IMG/VR virus record: IMGVR_UViG_3300031839_001922
Strand: one strand, 5' to 3'
From: an uncultured virus (IMG/VR IMGVR_UViG_3300031839_001922)
Taxonomy: Duplodnaviria > Heunggongvirae > Uroviricota > Caudoviricetes
Length of the DNA stretch: 54,739 nucleotides
Shown: positions 47,613 to 54,739 of the stretch, piece after piece
Numbering within the stretch: the first letter of the stretch is position 1
Layout of the letters: every line of letters begins with the position of its first letter
Program-made: the position numbers and the translations under genes
The notes under the pieces: generated by a model
Told to the model about the DNA's origin: nothing
What the model saw: the letters and a program-made list of their open reading frames with translations, nothing else
Database searches by the model: none

Positions 47613-47854
47613 TATTCTTCCTTAACTAGATTTTTTCTACACCAGTGTAGTGTTTTAACCTGGGTATTGCCAGTTCTTAAATTTTCTACAATAGCGACTT
47701 GAGCTATTTCATCGATGTCAATAAGCTGAACCTTTTCAGATAATTTTGTTTTCTTACAATAAGGCACGTCAGCAATCAACTGAACATCTTTATATTTTTC
47801 GTATTCTTCCAAATACCTTTGCTTGCTTTCTCTTAAGCTAATTTTTTTAGTCAT
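47612..47854 (-). CDS. Hypothetical protein
   Basis: 80-aa ORF with GAGG RBS, coupled to purA. Confidence 0.6.
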   Translation of the reverse strand: MTKKISLRESKQRYLEEYEKYKDVQLIADVPYCKKTKLSEKVQLIDIDEIAQVAIVENLRTGNTQVKTLHWCRKNLVKEE

Positions 47855-47872
47855 TATTAAACCTCTAATAAT

Positions 47873-47900
47873 ATAATAATTACTTTAAGCTAATAGTCAA
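47873..47900 (-). promoter_or_regulatory. Sigma70-like promoter candidate for the purA unit
   Basis: TTGACT-N16-TATTAT on the minus strand, about 20 nt upstream of ATG 47854. The AT-rich context weakens it. Confidence 0.4.
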
Positions 47901-48064
47901 TCTAATAATAGCTTAAGTTGTTTATTTTTATCTTCTGACAACTGTTCTTCTTTCATTTCATCAAATTGCAGTCTAGCAAGATGAGGATATTTTTCAAACA
48001 GCTGCGGAAGCGTCAAATTTTCTTCCTTCTGCAGTCTTTTTATTTCTTCGTTTACCTTTCCCAT
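47897..48064 (-). CDS. Hypothetical protein (55 aa; not in ORF track)
   Basis: MGKVNEEIKRLQKEENLTLPQLFEKYPHLARLQFDEMKEEQLSEDKNKQLKLLLD; fills an otherwise empty gap and overlaps the upstream gene by 71 nt. Confidence 0.55.
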   Translation of the reverse strand: MGKVNEEIKRLQKEENLTLPQLFEKYPHLARLQFDEMKEEQLSEDKNKQLKLLLD

Positions 48065-48266
48065 TTTTTGGCTTCTCCTCTACAAACTCTGCCAACATCC
48101 TGGTCTTCAAAGAAAAATTATTCTTTGAATCGCGGCGTCTTATCTTGGCTTGCATTTTAGAATTTTTTTCTAGAAACGCAGCTTTAGCTTTACTAGCTTC
48201 TTCGAAAGTATCAAACGTACCTTCTAGATTCCATGGTCTACTAGAATTATTTTCATTTACTTCCAA
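47994..48266 (-). CDS. Hypothetical basic protein
   Basis: TTG start with AAGGAG RBS; 90 aa. Confidence 0.6.
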   Translation of the reverse strand: MEVNENNSSRPWNLEGTFDTFEEASKAKAAFLEKNSKMQAKIRRRDSKNNFSLKTRMLAEFVEEKPKNGKGKRRNKKTAEGRKFDASAAV

Positions 48267-48389
48267 CGTATGCTCCTTATAATTTAAAATAACTTACGTA
48301 TTATCTATTGTATATTATACTAATAAGATCTTTAATATTTAAATAATTCTTTATTATATAAGACTAAACTAGTCTTCTTGCAGATCAGG

Positions 48390-48827
48390 TCACTGCTCAT
48401 CTAGTCGTTCTTCTAATTTAGCTTTTCCTTGCCACTCTTCAGACTTGCTATCTTGATCAATTGGACCACCCTTAGCCCAAGTCCTACAAGATCTGGCCGA
48501 GTGACATTTAAAATGATGCATCCAGCAATATCCAAGCTCTCCATCTTCATCAGAAGTTTCACCTGGCATGCATTCTTTCATTCTTGGAGATATATCAAAA
48601 GCTACGCAATTTCCACACAAAGACTTTTTAGCTGCTTCTTCTGAAGTATTCCAGGCATCAGCAATGTCCTTCCAGTAGTCACCAGGTTCATCGACATTAA
48701 GGGGCCCGTATTGAATGTGGTCAGCTTTAACTGCAGCGTCTCTATTTTTTGTATTAAGTTCTAGATCTTGTGTTGCTGGTGGGCAAATAAGACCTTTTTT
48801 CTTTTTAAGTATTTTAATTTTAATCAT
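48390..48827 (-). CDS. Cys-rich hypothetical protein (possible metal/Fe-S binding)
   Basis: CGNC..C..GYCWMHHFKCHSARSCRTW. Confidence 0.6.
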   Translation of the reverse strand: MIKIKILKKKKGLICPPATQDLELNTKNRDAAVKADHIQYGPLNVDEPGDYWKDIADAWNTSEEAAKKSLCGNCVAFDISPRMKECMPGETSDEDGELGYCWMHHFKCHSARSCRTWAKGGPIDQDSKSEEWQGKAKLEERLDEQ

Positions 48828-49095
48828 GCTTTTTTATCTCCAACAATAAATTGCTCTTACCTTTAATTAGTCTGTGCCAAGTGTAGGCCTTGACATGATA
48901 AGTCTCGCCTTCTTTTAAAAAAATAGGCAATTTTTCATCTAGCTGCAAAAGCCAGCCGGCAGAATTAACAACCTTGATATCGCGATCTTCCCTGTCTTGA
49001 TGCCAAACTAGCTCTTCAGAATCAACGTTGTGATCAAACTCTCTTAAAAAAAGAGATTTGCCAATTTGTTTTTCTTTGAATGGAAAATCATCCAC
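48820..49095 (-). CDS. Small cupin-fold protein
   Basis: WHQD..R, LKEGETYHV and WHRL cupin-like motifs. Confidence 0.65.
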   Translation of the reverse strand: MDDFPFKEKQIGKSLFLREFDHNVDSEELVWHQDREDRDIKVVNSAGWLLQLDEKLPIFLKEGETYHVKAYTWHRLIKGKSNLLLEIKKHD

Positions 49096-49892
49096 TACCA
49101 GAACCTTCCTGGTACATTTTTACCAAAGTACTTGTGCGCACGGCATGCCCAGTAGCCGGCTTTTGTTTTGTCTTTCTTCTCTGCGCATTTATGGCGCTTT
49201 GCAAAAGAAGCGCGTGCTTCTGCATTATTCCAGTTGCCTTTGAGGCCACCCTTTTTATCACCGAATGTAACTTTCTTAATGCCGCCTGTCTTTGGATTTC
49301 TTACAAATACCTTGTATTTTTTGCCGCCGCCTGTGTTGAGAGACGGTTTGTTGAGGGGAGGGTTCTTTTTCTTCTTTTTTTCGTTAATTGTGTCAAAATC
49401 TTCTTCAATTAACATTGGAAAATCTAGCGGTACTTTTTGGCCCTCAAACATCCCAAATTCACCGATATCGGTTTCTTCAATTAGGTGCTTTTCTTCTTCG
49501 TTTAGTTTATACATTCCAAGCGATGATAACTCTCTGATTTCTCTAAAAAGTTCAAAATACTTGTTTGTACCTCGTCTGTAAATGTTTTCGGTAATAGGAA
49601 TTTCGTGGTTAATATGAAATTTTGCGCTTTCTGTTAACTGCACGTCACTATCAACTAAAAGATAATCTCTCATTTTATTAAGCATCGAGGCAGCAACAGC
49701 CATTTTATTTGTCCACCACGTTGGAAGGTGACCATCCATCTGCTCTAATGTTTCTAGCATTTGTCCAGCGTCTTCAATAATTGTCATCATTGCTCGTCGA
49801 GCAGATGGCACATCCTCATGGCCGTCTTCGTTTAAAACTGCCTGTAGTTCTTCTTTAATAATTTCTTTTAATTGTTGTTTTGTAACTTTCAT
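49095..49892 (-). CDS. Hypothetical phage protein: acidic N-terminal part, Lys-rich C-terminal domain
   Basis: Starts MKVTKQQLKEIIKEEL; C-terminal KKYKVFVRNPKTG..FGD..SFAKRHKC..AGYWACR. Confidence 0.7.
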   Translation of the reverse strand: MKVTKQQLKEIIKEELQAVLNEDGHEDVPSARRAMMTIIEDAGQMLETLEQMDGHLPTWWTNKMAVAASMLNKMRDYLLVDSDVQLTESAKFHINHEIPITENIYRRGTNKYFELFREIRELSSLGMYKLNEEEKHLIEETDIGEFGMFEGQKVPLDFPMLIEEDFDTINEKKKKKNPPLNKPSLNTGGGKKYKVFVRNPKTGGIKKVTFGDKKGGLKGNWNNAEARASFAKRHKCAEKKDKTKAGYWACRAHKYFGKNVPGRFW

Positions 49893-49894
49893 AA

Positions 49895-50239
49895 TTAACC
49901 CTTTTTTCCGGCTTTTGATTTTTTGCCATAATTGCCACGCTTACCGCATGCCGCAGGTGTTGGTCGACAAGAAGGATACTTTGCTCTTTTCTCTCCACCA
50001 GATCTTCCACAAGCTTTGCATGTTTTCTTTCCGGTTTTTTTGTCTTTGCGACAAGTGTTACAGTCTACCCATCCACCTTTCTTTCCTTTCGCACCTTTTC
50101 TACCAAACCAATCACGAAGGCTAGTTTCAGAACTAGGCTTTGCTGTTAATTTTCGTTTTTTCTTTTCTTTGAGAACAGCAACAATTTCTTCACGAATAAT
50201 TTCTTCTAAAGTCAGCTCTTCGTTTGTTTGGTTTTTCAT
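49895..50239 (-). CDS. Hypothetical Lys/Cys-rich phage protein
   Basis: LRDWF..GWVDCNTC..CKACGR..YPSCRP; acidic leader then a basic domain. Confidence 0.7.
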   Translation of the reverse strand: MKNQTNEELTLEEIIREEIVAVLKEKKKRKLTAKPSSETSLRDWFGRKGAKGKKGGWVDCNTCRKDKKTGKKTCKACGRSGGEKRAKYPSCRPTPAACGKRGNYGKKSKAGKKG

Positions 50240-50784
50240 TTCTTTTTTCTCTTCTTCTTTTTCTTCCCACCAGTGCCCCAGTTTGAAGCACCAACTTTTC
50301 TACATTTAACTAGAGCGCCTGAAGCATAAGCGGAAGGCCAAACACTGTATCTTGCTCTTACTTTGTGGTAACATGCATCTTTCTTACCTTTTTTCTTTTT
50401 CTTCTTTTTCTTTTTGCGCTTTCGCTTCTCGTCTAGAAAATCTTCTTGTGCTTCTAAAAATATTTCAATTCCTTCTGCTAGCTCTTCTTTGGTTACTTTT
50501 ATCTCGTCATCATCTGCAGCGATAATATCTCCTCTATCGTGCACACCAATGTCTTCGCTGCCTTTAATAAACTCATCTATAAAAGAATCTAAATCAAAGT
50601 CCTCTGGAAGCTCAACGCCTTGTTTTAAGAAAGGCTCAAGCTCTTTAGGATCTTTTAACATTTTTCGACCAATAGCTCCGCCTTCTTTGCCAATTAAATC
50701 TCTTGCTGCATCTTCAACATCTTTTTCTGTTGCTTCTTTTTCTTCGCTTACGAACTTTCGCCAGCTTTCAAATAAAAGTTTCAC
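50236..50784 (-). CDS. Hypothetical phage protein: acidic N-terminal part, poly-Lys and DACY..WPSAYASG domain
   Basis: GTG start overlapping the tubulin stop (GTGA); KKDACYHKVRARYSVWPSAYASGALVKCRK. Confidence 0.7.
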   Translation of the reverse strand: MKLLFESWRKFVSEEKEATEKDVEDAARDLIGKEGGAIGRKMLKDPKELEPFLKQGVELPEDFDLDSFIDEFIKGSEDIGVHDRGDIIAADDDEIKVTKEELAEGIEIFLEAQEDFLDEKRKRKKKKKKKKKGKKDACYHKVRARYSVWPSAYASGALVKCRKVGASNWGTGGKKKKKRKKK

Positions 50785-51818
50785 TGTTCGAGGCCTCCCA
50801 TTAATGTAATGGCGATAAGTCCGGGCACGTTATCTCTCACGTAAACTCCAGAAAATAAAGTATCAGTTCTACCTCCAACATAAGAAATAGCGGCATCTAG
50901 ATGCTGACTAATTTGTGGATCATTAGCCATTTCAGGCGAAACAACCAAAAGGAGCGCCCCGGTCTTTGCTTTCTCTCTTACGTCCGGACAAGGCGATCGC
51001 TTTAGTGAATTTTGTAGTATCATTGAGCCTAAATTAGGAACATCAGCATCTTTTATTACCGTGGTGCCTACAACCATTCTATTGTTGGTTTTTAGGCATC
51101 TTTCAAGGTCTTTTGAGTCAAACGACTGAATTGAAGACTTCTCGCTAGCCAGCTTGAAAGTTTGCGACAATAATTTAGCAAAAGCAGTGTTGGCTGAAGG
51201 GAACAAATTCATCATTCCAACTTTGCCTCTCAAAAACTTGATTTGCTTTTCATTATCAAGTACAATGTGTGGCGCGCTTTTAATATCATTTGCCAAAGAA
51301 ACAGCGTTATTTGTAATTGTGGTGTTTAACAACTCTTGTGAGCTAGGCCAAGTCATAATGTAAAATACCTTGCCTCCGCCGTTTACTGAATTTAGATAAC
51401 GCTGAAACACTGGGTCAAGTGCGAAGCACGCGGAGCCTGTTCCTCCACCTCCACCGGCTAAAACAAATAGCCAATCTACGTTTCCTAGCTTTGTTCTTAA
51501 CGCATCTTCAACTACTGCCCCGTTTCTTGTAAAAACGTCTTTTCCGTATTCAATATTTTTTGCAACACCATCAGCATCAGGGATCAAAACTAAATGTTCC
51601 TCGTCAACACCGTCTGGCTGATCTTTTTCTGTTGTGTTAATTAAGAGTGTCTTTTTGAAGCCGAGATCCAAAAAAGCTTTGGCGAGTTTGCCGCCACCAC
51701 CTCCAACTCCGACAAAAGCACAGTTTAGGGCACATTCTACCTCATTATCTGGCAGTTGATTTGATTGAGCTGTTTCTTCAGCTTCGCCGTAGTGGTCTAC
51801 AAAATCGAATTCATCCAT
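50781..51818 (-). CDS. Tubulin/FtsZ-family GTPase
   Basis: Start re-called at ATG 51818 (AAGGAG RBS). VGVGGGGGKLA (T1), INT, DGVAKN, GGGGGTGS (T4 signature), LDNEK and FDSKDL (T7-like). Confidence 0.9.
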   Translation of the reverse strand: MDEFDFVDHYGEAEETAQSNQLPDNEVECALNCAFVGVGGGGGKLAKAFLDLGFKKTLLINTTEKDQPDGVDEEHLVLIPDADGVAKNIEYGKDVFTRNGAVVEDALRTKLGNVDWLFVLAGGGGGTGSACFALDPVFQRYLNSVNGGGKVFYIMTWPSSQELLNTTITNNAVSLANDIKSAPHIVLDNEKQIKFLRGKVGMMNLFPSANTAFAKLLSQTFKLASEKSSIQSFDSKDLERCLKTNNRMVVGTTVIKDADVPNLGSMILQNSLKRSPCPDVREKAKTGALLLVVSPEMANDPQISQHLDAAISYVGGRTDTLFSGVYVRDNVPGLIAITLMGGLEQ

Positions 51819-51842
51819 GGTAAAACTCCTTAAATTCAATAC

Positions 51843-51889
51843 TAAATAGTCTATTCTACGCTAATCTTTTGGTTAAAACTACCTAATTA
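51843..51889. promoter_or_regulatory. Divergent promoter region with candidate late-promoter motifs
   Basis: ACTATTTA (minus strand, 51843-51850) and CCTAATTA (plus strand, 51882-51889), each about 10 nt upstream of an AGGAG RBS. Confidence 0.4.
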
Positions 51890-51911
51890 TAATGAAATAC
51901 AGGAGTAAGGT

Positions 51912-53204
51912 TTGCCAGGACAGTTATCATTCTTGGGCGCCGCAAGATTTCAAGGTTACTGGGACGCTACTTCAAATCAAGCAAGTGGATCCGGTTACCA
52001 AGACGCGCCAACTGGAAGTTTCTCTACGCTTTTTACAGCGGGCAACTCCGTAAGCGGAGGGTACCACTCTAGCACTGGCTTAACTGCGTCTATCGGAGAT
52101 TATTGGCAGGTTACTGGCTCCGGCACTGTAAACGTCGACGGTTTTAACGACTGGGATCTTAACGATTGGATTGTGTACTCTGGGTCTTCTGAAGGCACAA
52201 CAAAATGGACAAAACTTAATTTTGAAGATACAATAGGTTCAATCATACTTGGTGATTTGTCAACCAGCTCTTTTCATATGGGAGCACAAAATGACAAGCA
52301 TCTATTATTTGTATCAGGCAATATCTTTAGTGGATCCACCAATTTAAATTATGATTATAATACTAACATTTTAACTGTGCCCCAAGTTAATTTTGGCGGC
52401 AACTTAAAATTAAACGATGATGTAAAGCTAATTTTTGGAGACAATGATGAAGCTCACATAGAATATAACGAAAACGGCGATGACTTTCTTGTTATCTCTG
52501 GGTCTTCAAATGGTATAGTTTTATCTGGCTCAACAATTCAAATTGCAGGAACACTTGAGGGAGCATCGCCTCTTAAGATTGGGGGCGAAGTACAATTTAC
52601 TTCTACGGGTGAAGACGCCGCTTTTAATTTTGGGCCTAACAGCGAAGCAAAAATATTTTATAAAGATGGCTCAACTGGCGCTTTAATAATTTCTGGCTCA
52701 TCAACAAAAGGAACGATAATCTCTGGTTCTGGTTTATTTTTAGATTGTAATATAGGTGTTGGCACTGACACTGTTACACATGCAATAACTCTCCCAAACA
52801 ATGATGATAGTTCAGGAGCAGTTAAAGCCAACTCTTTTATTTCTTATTCCTCGATAAGATATAAGAAGGATGTTAAGGTACTGGACGACCCAATGTCTGT
52901 AATACAAAATTTAAAAGGTGTATCATTTAAATGGAAAGATTCTGGACAAGAGGACTTTGGTTTTATTGCTGAAGATGTCGGTAAGGTTTTACCTGGCATT
53001 GTCTCGTGGGATGACAACAAAAAAGACGCCCAGGGAATGGAGTATTTAAAATTAATTTCTTTTTTGGTTGAGGCTTCAAAAAAACAAAATTCTGAAATTA
53101 ATGAACTAAAACAGTTGCTTGCAAAAACCAAAAAATCTTTCAACCTAAAAATTACCGGATTAGCTCTCGGTACAGCGCTTTTAATTAGTCTTTTTTACCT
53201 TTAA
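51912..53204 (+). CDS. Fibre-like protein with intramolecular chaperone auto-processing (peptidase S74/ICA) domain and C-terminal hydrophobic helix
   Basis: TTG start with AGGAG RBS. SSIRYKKDV..LKGVSFKWK..GFIAEDV..Y.KLISFLVEA, then a coiled coil, then ITGLALGTALLISLFYL-stop. Confidence 0.82.
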   Translation: MPGQLSFLGAARFQGYWDATSNQASGSGYQDAPTGSFSTLFTAGNSVSGGYHSSTGLTASIGDYWQVTGSGTVNVDGFNDWDLNDWIVYSGSSEGTTKWTKLNFEDTIGSIILGDLSTSSFHMGAQNDKHLLFVSGNIFSGSTNLNYDYNTNILTVPQVNFGGNLKLNDDVKLIFGDNDEAHIEYNENGDDFLVISGSSNGIVLSGSTIQIAGTLEGASPLKIGGEVQFTSTGEDAAFNFGPNSEAKIFYKDGSTGALIISGSSTKGTIISGSGLFLDCNIGVGTDTVTHAITLPNNDDSSGAVKANSFISYSSIRYKKDVKVLDDPMSVIQNLKGVSFKWKDSGQEDFGFIAEDVGKVLPGIVSWDDNKKDAQGMEYLKLISFLVEASKKQNSEINELKQLLAKTKKSFNLKITGLALGTALLISLFYL

Positions 53205-53220
53205 GAAGATATTTATTGTG

Positions 53221-53238
53221 CTGGTGTTACGGCACCAG
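53221..53238 (+). other. Intergenic RNA hairpin (5' stabiliser or weak terminator)
   Basis: CTGGTGT-TACG-GCACCAG, a 7-bp stem with a UACG loop. No U-tract follows; lies 37 nt upstream of the next ATG. Confidence 0.5.
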
Positions 53239-53275
53239 TGTACATAATTCACAACTTTAAAGGGGGAAATAAATT

Positions 53276-54739
53276 ATGGCTAATCAATTAAATGGATCAG
53301 GAATTACCCTTGATTCTTTAGCACCAACTGACATCGAAACCGGTGGAACTGGTAAGGTGCTTCTTTACGCATCCGGTTCGGGTGCAAATTCCAGACTTTA
53401 TGTAAAGGCTGGTGGAGATACTCAGACTCTGCTCGGAATCGACATCGACGTGCTCGACGCTCTCGGCGACGCCTCGATCGCGCAGGGAGATCATCTTTTG
53501 CTCTCCGATGCAGGTACTGAAAAGAAGGTCACATTTTCTAACTTAGAAGACTCGATCTTTGCAAATGTCTCCGACGGCGCTACAATCGCTGCTGGAGGTG
53601 CCTTAACAATCGGCGCCAGCACCATCTCAGGTACTATGATCGTCAATGATGCTGTTGACGGAAATAAAATTGCTGACGATGCTGTTAACTCTGAGCACAT
53701 TGCTCTTGGCGCACTCGACGCAGAGCACTACTCTAGTGGTTCGATTGAAAACGGTCACTTGGCTGGTTCAATTGCTAACGCAAAGCTCGCCAACAGTTCG
53801 GTTACTCTTACAGCAGGAGCCGGTATGGCATCATTGGGTTCAGTTTCTCTTGGTAGTTCTGTTACAGTCGCAGTTGACGGTGTTCTTGAGGACCTTGATA
53901 GTCTTGGTGCTGCTGGTTCGGATGGTCAGTTCATCGTTGCAACTGGCGAAGGCGCCTTCGCATACGAAAGTGGAGCAACCGTTCGCACAAGCTTAGGTCT
54001 GGGAACAGGAGATTCACCTCAGTTTACTGGCTTAACCCTTACGGGTACAGGCAGCGTCGGAGGTGACCTTAGCATTGCTGGTAATCTTACCGTTAATGGC
54101 ACTACTACCACCGTTAATTCAACTGCAGTCGAGATCGGTGATCGTATTATCGAGCTTAACACTGCTGGTGCGGCCGGCGATGCTGGTCTTTATGTCCAAG
54201 ACGTTAACAGCTCTAACACAGGCTCGCTCTTGTGGGATACTTCTGCCAACCGCTGGTTCGCTGGTGTGAAGGGTAGCGAAGTTAACCTTGTTACGATTTC
54301 ATCAACTGATACTCTTACCAACAAGACTCTAACTTCGCCTGATATCAACACTCCTGATATTGACGGCGGTACTATTGATGGAGCAACTATTGCTACCTCT
54401 GATATTACTGTTGGATCCGGCAAGACTCTTGATGTTTCTGGAGGTACTTTAACTCTTGCTAACGACCAGATTGCTGCAGCTAAAGTTACTGGCCTTGATG
54501 GCGCCGGCCTTGCTGATTCTTCCGGCGTGCTTTCAGTTAATGTTGACGATTCGACAATTGAAATTAACTCTGACACACTTAGAGTTAAAGCAGATGGTAT
54601 CGATTCTAGCCACATTGCTCTTGGCGCACTTGACGCAGAGCACTACTCTAGTGGTTCGATCGAAACTGGTCACCTCGCCTCGCGCGCAGTCACTAACGCC
54701 AAGATCGCTAACGATGCTGTTGACTCTGCTCAAATTGCT
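53276..54739 (+). CDS. Fibre-like virion protein, truncated at right edge (>=488 aa)
   Basis: Not in the ORF track because it has no stop. ATG 53276 (MANQLNGSG) after GGGGGA. Gly/Ala/Ser/Thr-rich with AVDGNKIADDAV-type repeats, GNLTVNGTTTTVNST and TLTNKTLTSP fibre motifs. Confidence 0.82.
   Translation, partial: MANQLNGSGITLDSLAPTDIETGGTGKVLLYASGSGANSRLYVKAGGDTQTLLGIDIDVLDALGDASIAQGDHLLLSDAGTEKKVTFSNLEDSIFANVSDGATIAAGGALTIGASTISGTMIVNDAVDGNKIADDAVNSEHIALGALDAEHYSSGSIENGHLAGSIANAKLANSSVTLTAGAGMASLGSVSLGSSVTVAVDGVLEDLDSLGAAGSDGQFIVATGEGAFAYESGATVRTSLGLGTGDSPQFTGLTLTGTGSVGGDLSIAGNLTVNGTTTTVNSTAVEIGDRIIELNTAGAAGDAGLYVQDVNSSNTGSLLWDTSANRWFAGVKGSEVNLVTISSTDTLTNKTLTSPDINTPDIDGGTIDGATIATSDITVGSGKTLDVSGGTLTLANDQIAAAKVTGLDGAGLADSSGVLSVNVDDSTIEINSDTLRVKADGIDSSHIALGALDAEHYSSGSIETGHLASRAVTNAKIANDAVDSAQIA
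53696..54660 (+). repeat. Intragenic direct repeat, 50 bp x2 (53696-53745 and 54611-54660)
   Basis: CACATTGCTCTTGGCGCACTYGACGCAGAGCACTACTCTAGTGGTTCGAT with one synonymous mismatch; encodes HIALGALDAEHYSSGSI. Confidence 0.9.

Noticed and set aside
48267..48389. AT-rich intergenic gap with a small inverted repeat (AAGACTA-AAC-TAGTCTT, 48360-48376) as origin or ncRNA
   Set aside because: No iterons or extended structure; more simply a promoter/terminator region.
50385..50428. Poly-Lys run as a homopolymer or assembly artefact
   Set aside because: It is encoded by mixed AAA/AAG codons with interspersed Arg codons and stays in frame with the downstream domain.
14..51363. Numerous 60-160 aa plus-strand and nested ORFs in the track
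   Set aside because: They are antisense or out-of-frame shadows of long, motif-bearing minus-strand genes and show no recognisable motifs. The exception is the protease at 45112-45879.
50781..51818. Cellular ftsZ/dcw cluster, or proof of a nucleus-forming phage
   Set aside because: No division genes nearby and no FtsZ C-terminal peptide; no chimallin-like gene recognised in this window.
53696..54660. Diversity-generating retroelement TR/VR pair
   Set aside because: The single mismatch is a synonymous C/T rather than adenine-specific, both copies lie in one ORF, and no reverse transcriptase is present.
53491..54733. Short track ORFs at the right end (e.g. 53646-53996, 54063-54269, 54190-54615)
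   Set aside because: All lie within the continuous plus-strand frame starting at 53276.
1..54739. Stop-codon reassignment, tRNA genes, introns or inteins
   Set aside because: Genes are full-length in the standard code with TAA, TAG and TGA all used as stops; no cloverleaf, intein or homing-endonuclease motifs were noticed by eye.

Overview
This window is best read as part of a large contractile-tailed (myovirus-like, probably jumbo) phage genome in the standard genetic code, densely coded and almost all on the minus strand. It has five blocks. (1) 1-21815 is a baseplate/tail module: a left-truncated LamG/wedge-like protein, T4 gp6-like and gp25-like subunits, a 3204-aa unknown protein, a spike-like protein with an HxH motif and a 1266-aa protein with an M15 peptidase motif. 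(2) 21824-23599 holds a T4 gp55-like sigma factor and small genes. (3) 23592-41846 is an 18-gene, apparently all-soluble sugar-nucleotide/glycosyltransferase island. (4) 41849-48266 holds accessory genes: Cas4-like nuclease, HEXXH protein, an unannotated Hc1 histone-like gene, PIN-PhoH, lipoprotein serine protease, TrmH and PurA. (5) 48390-54739 holds a tubulin/FtsZ-family gene leading Lys/Cys-rich proteins and, divergently, two fibre-like genes. The best leads are a possible virion glycosylation system with a candidate [ST]-G-S acceptor motif, a tailless phage tubulin, basic proteins with acidic pro-regions ending at (I/L)xE, and a self-cleaving chaperone protein with a MYRF-like C-terminal membrane anchor. 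All calls come from motif recognition by eye, with no database searches. The host cannot be determined from this window.
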